From the NCBI GenBank assembly GCA_024679065.1, contig JAGIQG010000009.1, forward strand, positions 81,654,001-81,718,000: a DNA stretch of 64,000 bases, read 5' to 3'. The notes under the pieces were generated by a model. The model did no database searches, had not been told where the DNA came from, and saw only the letters and a program-made list of their open reading frames with translations. The DNA comes from Sphyrna mokarran (Eukaryota). The position numbers and the translations under genes were made by a program. Positions 11,574 through 24,002 of this stretch are shown here, in pieces. Positions within the stretch are counted from its first letter, which is position 1; each line of letters starts with the position of its first letter.

Positions 11574-13787
11574 GTAAGTAAAGCCCAATCCTCCGTTATT
11601 AACCCTTTCAATGCTGAAACTTCCTCAAACACAAATACTGAATAGTTGAAGGTGTTAGTGAGGAAGTTGCAGTCAATGAAATGTTGATTGAAGAACATTG
11701 TGTAGAACAGGGAGTCCAGCTGTATTTCTTTCCTTCCATTCCCTCTTTAAGCAGCAAGATTTCAGTCAGCAGCTTTTACCCACCGTGTGGAGGAGATCTG
11801 GACGTTTGCAGAATGTGTTCACATTCCCGCAGCATGGAGTGAAATCACTCTCTGGACTCCTGTTGGTCTCAGTGTGACACACACAGGCAGAGTTTGATGT
11901 GAAGTTGAACTCTCTGTCTCACTCTCTGATATAACTGACCACAGCAGCAGCACAGTGAGACACCGAGGTGCCACCTGCCCCAGCTTTCACTCTGCTCTCT
12001 CCACTCCCTGCTTATCTCTTGCTGAAGTTCTGATGACAAACAGCCACAGCAGGGCTCACAATCCAGTGGCTTCAGTGTTCCAGGCTTTTGTTACTTTCTC
12101 TTTGGGATGAGTTCAGTCCAATATTTATCCTTGATCTAACATCACTGAAAATGCTGATTGTTCTCATTGCTATGTGTGGGATCTTGCTGTGTACATATTG
12201 TGACCAGTCCTCAGACAGGATTCCTCATTTGTTAACTCACTGAACCGGATCCCAATTTTGTTTCCCTCTGGGTGAGGAATAATCAGCTGGAATGCCACAC
12301 TCGATTGGTCACAAAAAGATTCATTTAAAATGGATCCGTTCACGGTGCAAATCTTACACAGTCCATGTAGTTTTTTATTAGCCATTGAATCTCTACAGTG
12401 CAGGAGGAGGATATTCAGTCCATCGACAGAATTATGAGAGACAGAGATAGGGTAGATATGATGAAACTTTTCCCATTGATCACAGAGGTAGCAGATTTTG
12501 AGAGACGTGAGGGAAATCTTTTCACCTCAGCTTCTTACCCAGGCTCCCTGTAATCCTGCACATTTACCATTGCTAACCCACAAAAGAACACACGAGGGGC
12601 AATTTAGCATTGCCAATCCATCGAACCCGCAGACTTTTGGAATGTGATATTCCATCTACTCTCGGGTCTGGTCAGTCAAATATAACCCACATCGGAATTT
12701 CCAGAAGCTGGTCACTTTACATTCTTGGCCATCTTGGAATGTGGAAGGAAACTGGAGCACCCGAAAAAATGTTTCAACTCACGTTCTGTCACATCAGTAC
12801 CAGTACACACAGCTCAGGTATACAGTTGAATTTTTAATCCATTTCCCTGTTACTTCATTAAAGATAACAAACTAATATGTCCTTCACCCCAGAGTCAGTT
12901 TACTTTGAACTCAGACCATTTCCACATTCTGAGACATAACTCAACAGGAGATGGGTTTTGGATGTCTGCTGAGATGTGACAATCAGACTCCATTGTCTCC
13001 ATAACCACAAGAGAATAAAATTTAGTCTTTGTCATTTTTTCTATCTGCATTTCTATTTTCTGTTTGAAGAAGTCCCTGATACCTTTCAGGTGAGATATTC
13101 CATCTACTCTCGGGTCTGGTCTGTCGAATATAATCCACATAGAATTTTCCAGATTGGCCACTTTACATTCTCGGCCATCTTGGCTGAGTCAGAGTGACAT
13201 AGACATTTACAGAACAGAAAGCACAGAAAGAGGCCCTTCGGCCCATCCTCTCTTTGCAGGCCATCAAGCTCCTAACTATTCTCATCCCATTTTCCAGCAC
13301 TTGATCAGTAGCCTTGTATGCTTTGGAATTTCAAATGATTACCTAAATGCTTCTTAAATGTTGTGAGGGGTTCCTGCCTCAACCACCCTTCCAGGTAGTG
13401 AGTTCCAGATTCCCCACACCCTCTGAGTGAAAAGGTTTTTCCTTCAATCCCTCAAAATCTGCTTCTGAAATTAAATCTATGCTCCCTGGTTTTTGAATCT
13501 ACTGCTAAAAAGGGAAAAGTTCCTTCGTATCTGCTCTATGTCTTCATAATTCTGACCTGCTGCAGTTATACAGGGCTTTGGTGAGGCAGCACTGGGAATA
13601 TTGTGCACAGTTTTGTCTCCCTATCTCAGGAAGGATATTTTTGGTCTCGAGGGAGTGCAGAGAAGGTATCCCAGACAGATTCCTGTTATAATGGGACTGA
13701 TGTATGAGGAGAGATTGAGTTGGTTAAGACTTATATTCACTGGAGTTCAGAGGAATGAGGAAGGAACTCATGGAGACTTATAAAATT

Positions 13788-15191
13788 AGTGGGTTAGTTA
13801 GTGGGTAGTCGTGGAAGGCTCTTTTTCCAACTGGAGGTGTGTCACTAGTGGTGTGCCACAGGGCTCAGTACTAGGACCTCTTCTATTTGTGATTTATATA
13901 AATGAGTTGGAAGAGGGGGTAGGTGGTGTGATCAGCAAATTTGCTGATGACACTAAGATGCTTGAATTGGCTGGAACTGAGGAGCAGTGCCAGGCAATAC
14001 AACAGGACATAGATAGGCTGGTAGATTGGGCAGATAGATGGCAAATGGAATTTAATCCGGATAAATGCTAGGTGATGCATTTTGGCCGGAATAATGTAGC
14101 GGGGAGTTATAGGATAAAAGGTAAAACTATCGGGAGTATAGAGACACAGAGAAACCTGGGGGTGCAGGTTCACAAGTCTCTGAAGGTGTCAGTACAGGTG
14201 GAGAATGTGATAAAGAAAGCGTATAGTATGTTAGCCTTCATAGGAAGAGGTTTAGAATACAAGAGTAGGAGTTTGATGTTGCAAGTGTGTAGAACGTTGG
14301 TTAGGCCTCACCTGGAGTACTGCGTCCAGTCCTGGTCGCCATACTACCGGAAGGATGTGGAGGCCCTGGAGAGAGTGCAGAGGAGATTTACCAGGATGCT
14401 GCCTGGTATGGAAGGGCTGTCTTACGAGGAAAGATTGAACGCACTGGGGTTGTTTTCCCTTGAAAGACGTCGGCTGAGAGGGGATCTAATAGAGGTATAT
14501 AAGATTATAAGGGGTATAGATAGAGTAAATGGTGGTAAGCTTTTTCCACCATTAGAATCGGATAGAACGAGGGGTCACGGCCTTAGGGTGAGGGGGGCTA
14601 TGTATAAGACTAATATTAGAGGGCATTTTTTCACACAAAGGGTAGTGGGGGTGTGGAATGCACTGCCGAGTAAGGTGGTGGGAGCAGGCACGCTAGGGTT
14701 GTTTAAGGGTCTCTTGGACTAGCCACATGAACAGTCTGCAGATAGAGGGATATAGCAGGACTGTCTAAATATCTTATTTGTTTCCACAAGATATTCGGTC
14801 CACCTTGTTGACCAACAAGGTGCATGCATTCGGCAGGTCGTGCAAGAGCTGCTCTTGGCTATTGCTTCAGGAGTGGCCTAGTGCTTCACGTCGTTAGTGT
14901 ATGCTTAAACTGGACCATCTGATGCGCACCATGACAGCTCAGAGACTATCGCTGTTGCTGTGGACACACATGGATTTGGGCCTGTGTCTGCAGGAGTTTG
15001 TGCATTCTCCCCGTGGTTGCGTGGGTTTTCTCCGGGTGCTCCGGTTTCCTCCCACATCCCCAAAAATGTGCTCTTAGGCTGATTGGGTAACAAATTGGTC
15101 CCTATATGTCATTAAGACGTTAGGACGGCGGCGCGGGCTCGTTGGGCCGAAGGGCTTGTTTCCCGTGCTGTTTTGTTCTTTGTTCTTTGTT
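13788..15191 (+). mobile_element. CR1-clade LINE 3' part with long 3' UTR containing SINE-like core
   Basis: RT ORFs 13811-14722, then UTR, V-SINE-like core ~14984-15075, (TTCTTTG)n tail; absent at the paralogous site ~41978. Confidence 0.88.
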
Positions 15192-15769
15192 GGGGAATAG
15201 TGAGGTAAATACATGGGGCTTATGGGGTAAGAGTTGATGCAGACTCGATGGGCCGAATGGTCTCCGCCTGCACTTTAGAGATTCTGTTGTCCATGTCTGT
15301 GCCGGCCATTAAGCATCTATCTATTCTAATCTCATTTTCCAGCACTTGGTCCGTAGCCTTGTATACTTCGGAATTTCAAATGCTCATCTAAATGCTTCTT
15401 AAATGTTGTGAAGGTTCCCACCTCCACCATCCTTTCAGGCAGTGAGTTCCAGATTCCCAGCACCCTCTGGGTGAAAACATTTCCCTCAATTCCCTCATAA
15501 TCTGCTGCCTCTGTGATTAAGGAGAAAAGTTTCCTCATATCTCCCCTATCCCTGTCCCTTGTAATTCTGTCTTTCTGCAGTTATCCAGGGCCTTGGTGAG
15601 ACCACACTGGGAGTAATGTGTACAGTTTTATCCCCTCATCTGAGGAAGATGTTTTTGCGACAGAATAAGTGCAGCAAATGCTTGTTGGAATGAGTTATGC
15701 GATAGTGGATTTGATGTAGGAGGAGAGATTGCATTGGTTAAGATTATTTTTTTAAACTTTATTTATTAG

Positions 15770-16059
15770 CCACAAGTAGGCTTACATTCACACTGCAATG
15801 AAGTCACTGTGAAAATCCCCACGTGGCCACATTCCCGCGCCTCCTCAAGGATTCTGAGGGAGAATTTAACTTGGCCAATTCATCTAACCTGCACAACTTT
15901 TGGACTGTGGGAGGAAACTGGAGCACCTGGATGAAACCCACGCAGACATGGGGAGAATGTGTAAACTCCACACAGACAGTGAGCCAAGCTGGCAATTGAA
16001 CTTGGGTCCCTGGCACTGTGAGGCAGCAGTGCTAACCACCGTGTCACCGTGCTGCCCCC
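15770..16059 (-). mobile_element. tRNA-derived SINE (HE1/V-SINE-like)
   Basis: Head GGCAGCACGGTGACACGGTGGTTAGCACTGCTGCCTCACAG..GTTCAATTGCC (A/B boxes) and core GTGGAGTTTACACATTCTCCCC..CCTCCCACAGTCCAAA. Confidence 0.8.
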
Positions 16060-18803
16060 CTGCAGTTGAGAAGAATGAAGGGGTTCACATATAAAAAAAC
16101 TATTTAATTCCAATAGGACCAGTCAGGATAAACACAGGAAGCATGTTCCCAGTGCTGGGAACGTCCAGTTTGAGGCATCATAATCTAAGAATATGGGGTA
16201 AACCTTTTAGGACTGAGGTGAGGAGAAATTCCTTCACCCAGAGAGGGGTAAACCCATGGAATTCACTGTCACAGAAAGCAGGTGAGGACAAAATAACGTA
16301 CATTTCCAAGAAGGAGTTAGATATAGCTACTGGGATGAAAAGGATGAAATAATTTGATGGGGAGACAGGATCTGGCCACTGATTGGATGATCAGCCATGA
16401 CCATGATGAATAGTGGAACAGTCTCAAAGGGCCAAATGGCCTATTCCTGTTCCTATTTCCTGTGATTCTCTGCAGACCAGTATTTATCACCCATCCCTAA
16501 TTGCCCTGGTGAAGATGGTGCTGAGGTGATGGAATAAGTTCTACTCCAATGAGTATCGGCCCAACTTACTCAAACTTTCCTCGTAAGACAATCCCTTACT
16601 CGGTGGAATCAGCCCAGTGAACCATCTCTGAAATCTTTCCAATTCTACTATATCCTTCCTTAAGTAAGGAGACCCTAAGTGTCCACAATATTCTAAGTGT
16701 GATTTTCTCAAAATGCTGTAGCAAAACATCCTCCTTTTATACTCATCCTCATTGGAATGAAGAGCAACATTCCATTTGTCTTCCAAATATTTTTCTGTTC
16801 CTGGATGCAAAAACACCCAGATCACTCGATAGAATTTCTCCAGTTTACTAGTATTCTGCTCTATTCTCCTGCCAAAGTGGACAACCTCACATTTTCCCAC
16901 ATTATTCCCCATCTGTCGATGTTTCCCCACTCACTGAACCTATCTCTATTCCTTTTCAGACTCTGTATCCTCCTCACAACATGCATTTCTACTTTTCATT
17001 TTATCATCAGCAAGTTTAGTGACATTCCTCTCATTCCCTTCATCCAGCTCATTAATACAGATTGTAGAGTTAAACCCAAACAACAACCATCTTCCTTTGT
17101 GCCGGGTACAACTCCAACCAGTGGAGAGTTTTCCCCTGATTCCCATTGGCTCCAGTTTTGTGAGGGCTCCTTGATGCCACACTTGCTGAAATGCTGCCTT
17201 GATGTTAAGGACAGTCTCTCTCACCTCACCTCTGGAGTTCAGCTCTTTTGTCCATGTTTGAACCAAGGCTGTAATGAGATCACGAGCTGAGTGACCCTGG
17301 TGGAACACAAACTGAGTGTCAGTGAGCAGATTATTGCTGAGTAAGTGCTGCTTGGTATTGCTCTGGATATGTTCAGATCACATTGCTGATGATTGAGAGT
17401 AGACTGATGGGGTGGTTATTGTGTGGATTGGATTTGTCCTGTTTTTTGTGCACAGTTCATAACCAGGTAATTTATCACAATGTTGTGTTGATGCCAGTGT
17501 TGTAGATGTACTGGAACAGCTTGGTTAGGGACACGGGAAGTTCTGGAACACAGTCTTTAGGACCTCTGGAGGAGGTCGAGATGGATCATCCACTCGGAAC
17601 TTCTGGCTGAAGATTCCCGCAAATGCTTCAGCCTTATCTTTTCTCCTGATGTGCTGGGTTTTTCCATCACTGAGGATGGGAATATTTGTGGTGCCTCCTC
17701 CTCCAGTGAGTTGTTTAATTGTCCACCACCATTCACGGTTGGATGTGGCAGGACTGCAGAGCTTAGAACTGATCCATTGGTTGTGGGATGGTTTAACTCT
17801 GTCTATCACTTGCTGCTTCTGCTGTTTGGCACACAGTCTCTGTGTTGTAGCTTCACCAGGTTAACACCTCATTTTTCAGTCTGTCTGTTGTTGCTCCTGG
17901 CATGTCCTCCTGCACTCTTCATTGAACTGAAAGCAGCAGAGAATCCACAGAAACAGACTGATGTTTCTCTGATGTTTCTGTGTGTTTATTAGTTGTGACT
18001 GAGCAGATAGCAAGAGTTTCAGCAGCAACAAAGATGTTTCTCTAGTTCACCTCCCACTTTCCCCATCCACTTCCAAAATCTTCATGGGGAAAGGGCCAGC
18101 ACCTGTCATATCCCCCCCTCTAAACTACAGGCCTCCCATCTTTCAGATGAGACAATCTGATATCTGCCCTCTCAGGGGGTGTAAAAGATCCCATGGTACT
18201 ATTGGAAGAAGAGCAGGGGAGTTCACCCCGGTGAACAGGTCAATATTCATCCCTCAATCAATATCACTACAAATCTGCTTATCTGTACTTTCTCACTCTG
18301 TTCCCTGAGACCTTGCTGTGCATAATAAGCTGTAAAACATTGGGACATTCTGAGGTGGTGACAGGTGCTATAGAAATGTAATTCTGTCTGTGAGGTTGGA
18401 GATTCCTGATCCTGACTCTCTCCCATTGATAACATAAAAGCATCCTCCAGAGTTCATGGTGTCATTCGGAGCAGTGACCCTGTCTGACCCCTGGGCACTG
18501 AGTCTAATTCTAGCCTCACCATTGACCTCAGCCCAGTGCTGGACAGGAAGGTTTGAAATGAAATCTAGAAGTTTCTACACCAGCCAATGGGAATCCTGTC
18601 TGAAGTGTGTTGATCCAAGTCTGCTCCAATGTTCTGGGATAAAGTTCTCCTGATCTGTGTGTGATCTGAGGTTTGTTGATGCTCAACCTGTTTCCCCCAG
18701 ACAGACTGAGCAATAATTCCAGCTTCCTGACTGGTTAACAGTCTCTTCAAGCGACACTGTGTCTTTAAAGACTCTCAGTATTAACCATTTCAGTGCTGAA
18801 TTT

Positions 18804-21768
18804 AGAACATAGAACATAGAACATTACAGCGCAGAACAGGCCCTTCGGCCTTCGATGTTGCACCGGCCAATTAAGAAAAAGCAATGACCCTCTAACCTAA
18901 ACCATTCCCTTTTCATCCATAAACTTATCTACTAACCTCTTAAACGCCACCAAACTTGGCGCATCTACAACTGCAGCAGGCAGGGCATTCCATACCCTTA
19001 CCACCCTCTGGGTAAAGAACCTACCTCTGGCATCCGTCCTACAACTAACACATTAATTTAAAGCTATGTCCCCTCGTGCTAGCTTTCTCCATCCTAGGAA
19101 AAAGGCTATCACTGTCCACCTTATCTAAACCTCTAATCATCTTATATGTTTCAATAAGGTCTCCTCTTAGCCGCCTTCTTTCTAACGAAAACAACCTCAA
19201 ATCCCTCAGCCTCTCTTCATAAGACCTGCCTTCCATACCAGGCAACATCCTGGTAAACCTCCTCTGTACCCTCTCCAATGCCTCCACATCTTTCTTATAA
19301 TGTGGGGACCAGAACTGCACACAATACTCCAAGTGCGGCCGCATTAGAGTTTTGTACAGTTGCAACATGACGTTGCGGCTCCGAAATTCAATCCCCCGAC
19401 CAATAAAAGCTAAGACTCCGTATGCCTTCTTAACAACCTTATCGACTTGATTGCCAACTTTCAGGGATCTATGCACATATACACCAAGATCCCTCTGTTC
19501 ATCAACACTATTAAGAGTCCTACCATTAGCCCTATACTCTACACATTTGTTATTCCTGCCAAAGTGAATTACCTCACACTTTTCCACATTAAACTCCATT
19601 TGCCACCTCTCGGCCCAGCTCTGCAACTTGTTCAAGTCTCTCTGCAAACTATAACACCCCTCTTCACTATCTACCACTCCTCCGACTTTGGTGTCATCCG
19701 CAAATTTACTAATCCATCCTTCAATACCCTCATCCAGATCATTTATAAAAATTACAAACAGCAGGAGCCCCAAAACAGATCCCTGAGATACACCACTTGT
19801 AACCGAACTCCATGATGAATAATTTCCATCAACCACCACCCTCTGTCTTCGATCAGGTAGCCAATTCCTAATCCAATTAGCTAAATCATCCTCAATCCCA
19901 TACATCTGCATTTTCTGCAGAAGTCTTCCATGGGGAACCTTATCGAACACCTTACTAAAGTTCATATATACCACATCAACCGCCTTAACCCCATCCACCT
20001 CTTTGGTCACTTTTTCAAAAACCTCAATAAGGTTAATAAGGCACGACCTACCCTTCACAAAACCATGCTGACTATCCCCAATCAATTCGTTTCTCTCTAA
20101 ATAACTATAAATCCTATCCCTAATAATTCTTTCCAATACTTTGCCCACAGCAGAAGTAAGACTCACTGGCCTATAATTCCCTGGAAGGTCTCTCTTCCCC
20201 TTCTTGAACAATGGGACCACATTCGCTATCCTCCAGTTTTCCGGAACTATACCCGTAACCAACGACGACCTGAAGATCAGAGCCAGAGGCTCTGCAATCT
20301 CCTCTCTTGCCTCCCAGAGAATCCTAGGGTAAATCCAGTCCGGCCCAGGGGACTTATCCAACTTCAAACCCTCGAGAATATCTAGCACATCCTCCCTATC
20401 TACTTCAATACTTTCCAGTTTGCAACCATGTACCTCAGTGTTCTCCACAACTTCATTTACATCTCCCTGCGTGAATACCGAAGAGAAATATTTATTCAGT
20501 GCCTCTCCAATCTCTTCAGGCTCCACGCACAACTTCCCACTGCTGTCTATGACTGGCCCTAATCTTGCCCTAACCAATCTTCTATTCTTAACATATCTAA
20601 AGAAAGCTTTAGGATTCTCCTTAATCCTATCAGCCAAAGTCTTCTTGTGTCCTCTCTTAGCTCTCCTCAACTCACTCTTTAGCTCCCTCCTGGCTAATCT
20701 ATAGCTATCCATTGCACTAACTGAGCCTTCAAGCCTCATCCTGACATAAGCCTCTTTTTTCCTTTTAACCAGTGAATTAACTTTTTTCGTACTCCATGGT
20801 TCCCTTACTCGACCATTTCCTCCTTGCCTGACAGGGACATACTTATCAAGGACTCGCAGTAGCTGCTCCTTGAATAAGCTCCACATTTCAGATGTTCCCA
20901 GTCTTGTAGTTTCCTAGTCCAATCTATGCACCCTAATTCCCTCCTAATGGCCTCATAATTACCATTACCAGCTATAACTACTGCCCCCAGGTTCATGCCT
21001 ATCCCCATCCATCACTAAGGTGAACGTAACCAAATTGTGGTCACTATCACCAAAATGTTCACCAACTTCCAAGTCTAACACCTGGTCTGGCTCATTGCCC
21101 AGCACCAAATCCAATGTAGCCTCACCTCTAGTTGGCCTATCTACATACTGAGTCAAAAAACCTTCCTGCACACTTTGTATAAAAACTGACCCCTCTAACG
21201 AGCTAGAGCTATAGCTATTCCAATCAATATTAGTAAAGTTAAAGTCCCCCATAACAATTACCCTATTACTTTCAATCCTGTCCAGGATCGACTTTGCAAT
21301 CCTTTCCTCTACCTCTCTAGAACTTTTAGGCGGTCTATAAAAGACTCCCAACAGGGTGACCTCTCCTCTCCTGTTTCTAATCTCAGCCCATACTATCTCA
21401 ACAGACAAGTCCTCATCAAACATCCTTTCTGTCACTGTGATACAGTCTTTGACTAATAATGCCACTCTTCCCCGCCTTCTACCTCCTTCTCTACTCTGAC
21501 TGAAGCATTTGAACCCTGGAACCTGCAACAACCATTCCTGTCCCTGCTCTATCCATGTCTCTGAAATGGCCACAACATCGAAGTTCCAGCTACTGGTCCA
21601 AGCTGCAAGTTCGTCCACCTTATTGCGAATACTTCTTGCATTAAAGTATACGCATTTCAAACCATGCCCTAGTCCACCCGTACGCTGCTGTGCTTTACAG
21701 TTCTCGTCTATGACCCCCTTATTCTCGTCCCTCTTAACATCCAGGCTTCTTCGGATCCCACCCCCCCT
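18804..21768 (-). mobile_element. Young CR1-clade LINE, near-complete ORF2 (APE endonuclease + RT), disrupted frame
   Basis: ORFs 20965-21819 (YFNARSI..ISETW..GDFN..SDHN) and 19045-20886 (RT). CTGAATTT target-site duplication at 18796-18803 and 21769-21776. Absent in unit B (~47105). Confidence 0.95.
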
Positions 21769-22750
21769 CTGAATTTTTAGTAATCTTTTCAGTTTCAGTA
21801 ACATTGCAAAATCATTCAACCAGCTTCAAATCAAACTTTTTCCCTCAGATACTAAACAAATTTGAATTCCAATGTGCCACTTTCCCTTGGATTCCACCAG
21901 CTTTTAATTTTAAAAAGCATTATCTATCCTCCAGTCCACCTACACTAACACCTATACCCAGAGAGGATTGGAAAATAATGGTCAGAGTCTCTGCTATTTC
22001 TTCCCTTGCTTCCCTTCGCATCCTGGGATACATTTCACCCGGCCCTGGGAATTTCTCCATTTTAAAAGGTGATAAACACATTAATATCTCCTCGCTCACC
22101 ATCATTATCCCATTAATTATTTCACAATCCCTCCCCTTTTGAACCTACAATGTCAACTTTGCCTCTCAAACTTATGATATCTGATATAAATTATTCATTA
22201 AGAATCACCTCTACGTCTTCTCCCTCCACACACAAGTTACCTTTTTGCTCTCTAATCAGCCCTATTTAATCCTTAGTTATTCTCTTTGCAATGTCCCACA
22301 GTATTGCTTGATGAACATATATGTCCTGAACTCTATCTCCAGCTCGAATATCCTCCCACTGCTCTGACACTGATTTACCTTCAAGTCACTGTTTCCTTTC
22401 CATTTTGACAAATTCCAGTTTAGTGAAATTGACCTTTTCCCATTTAAAACGTTTACTCTTGATCGATCTTTCCCCTTTTCCGTAGCTACTCTAAATCTAT
22501 TATGATCATTATTACCCAAATGCTCTCTCACTGATACACCTTCCACATGCTGAGTTTCATTCTCTAAAACTGCTAAAACTGACCCTTCTCTTGTTGGGAT
22601 TGTTCCGTACTGGTTAAAAACGTTCCCCCGGAATGGATTTTCAGAATTCTGCAACATCAAATCATTGACACTGATTTGATCCCAGTTAATATTCGGGATG
22701 TTGAAAGGCTGAAAATGACAGTGATTAAAATTCCTTCTCTTCTCTTCCAG

Positions 22751-23079
22751 CCCGTGAGAATTCACAACCCACGCTGACCCTGCTGCCCCCCTCCCCGGAG
22801 GAGGTCAAGACCAAGGGCACTGCCACCCTGGTGTGCCTTGCCGATCACTTCTATCCCGATGAGGTGGAGGTGAAGTGGAAGAAGGACGGTGCAGCCATTT
22901 CCAACGGGATTCAGACCAGCGACTACCTGCGAGCTTCGGACAACACCTACAGCGTCAGCAGCCTGCTGACCCTCTCTGGCTCCGACTGGGAGTCCAACGC
23001 TCGCTTCTCCTGTGCCCTCACCCACGTGAGCCTCTCCTCTCCCCTCAGCAAGAGTGTCAGGAGTTCAGAATGTGCCTAG
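22751..23079 (+). CDS. IGKC: Ig light-chain constant exon, cluster 1
   Basis: Pyrimidine-rich AG acceptor. RENSQPTLTLLPPSPEEVKTKGTATLVCLADHFYPDEV..WKKDG..YSVSSLLTL..FSCALTH..SECA*, a C1-set domain with penultimate Cys. Confidence 0.95.
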
Positions 23080-23553
23080 AGTGTTAGAGACAGTCCACAG
23101 AGGAGACACAACTTGGAATAGATCAGGGGTGAGCTGGAAGGGTAAAGGTCACTGTCAGCATTGAATTACAATTCTCTTCCTTCCTTGGACTGGGTCTGAG
23201 ACACTTCGGAGGGTCAGGGATTAAAGAACATTGTTGGGATATTGTAGAGGGAGCTTTACTCTGTATTAACCCCGTGCTGTTCATTTATTGGGAGTGCTAA
23301 AGACTGTCAGCTGTACAAAAATAATGTGACCCTCTGAAGTATCTGCTTCAGTAAACCAGACCTCCTTCCTGCTCATCCTGCAGTTACAATTGAAGCTTTA
23401 GTCACTGTTTAAAGGGACAGGATTCTCATGTTATTGAGAAAATCTCCACAAGTGTTTTAATGAACCTCCATTCTCCCTGTGAATTTCTCCAGCTTCCTCT
23501 TGCTGGGCTGTTTATTCAAGTCTTTTTTCTGTCACTGTCAATGTGCAAAAGGT

Positions 23554-23559
23554 AATAAA
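23554..23559 (+). terminator. Polyadenylation signal, cluster 1
   Basis: AATAAA ~475 nt after the stop, conserved at 51726, followed by a GT-rich tract. Confidence 0.7.
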
Positions 23560-23686
23560 CATTAAGAATATTCAGTATATGTCTGGTGAGTGCTTTGGAA
23601 ATGTCCCACCTCCCCATCAGCTGATTGGCTGCATTTCACCAAGTGATTGTCCTGATTGGTTGCTTGGACTGTCAATCAATGACACA

Positions 23687-24002
23687 GTAAGCAGTCTGAC
23701 ACCAGGTTAAAGTCCAACAGGTTTATTTAGTAGCACAAACCACTCGCTTTCGGAGCGCTGACCCTTCATCAGGTGAGTGGGAATTCTGTTCACAAAGAGG
23801 GCATTTAAACATATAAACATAATTTACAATTTTGTGTTTAAATGCCCTGTTTGTGAACAGAATTCCCACTCACCTGATGAAGGGGCAACTCTCTGAAAGC
23901 GAGTGGTTTGTGCTACTAAATAAACCTGTTGGACTTTAACCGGGTGGTGTGAGACTTCTTACTGTGTTTACCCCAGTCCAACACCGACATCTCCACATCA
24001 TC
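23687..24002. mobile_element. Non-autonomous Penelope-like palindromic element with degenerate hammerhead cores
   Basis: ~125-bp inverted arms each with CTGATGAAGG..GAAAGC. The 3' tail ACCCCAGTCCAACACCG resembles that of 47663-48586. ATCAATGACACA duplication. Only the left arm remains in unit B (51857-51985). Confidence 0.8.

Noticed and set aside
15990-16059. tRNA gene
   Set aside because: The A/B-box sequence is the head of a SINE, followed by the SINE core; no complete cloverleaf seen.
19045-21819. Active autonomous LINE or domesticated RT
   Set aside because: Lacks ORF1 and 5' UTR, and ORF2 is split by stops/frameshifts.
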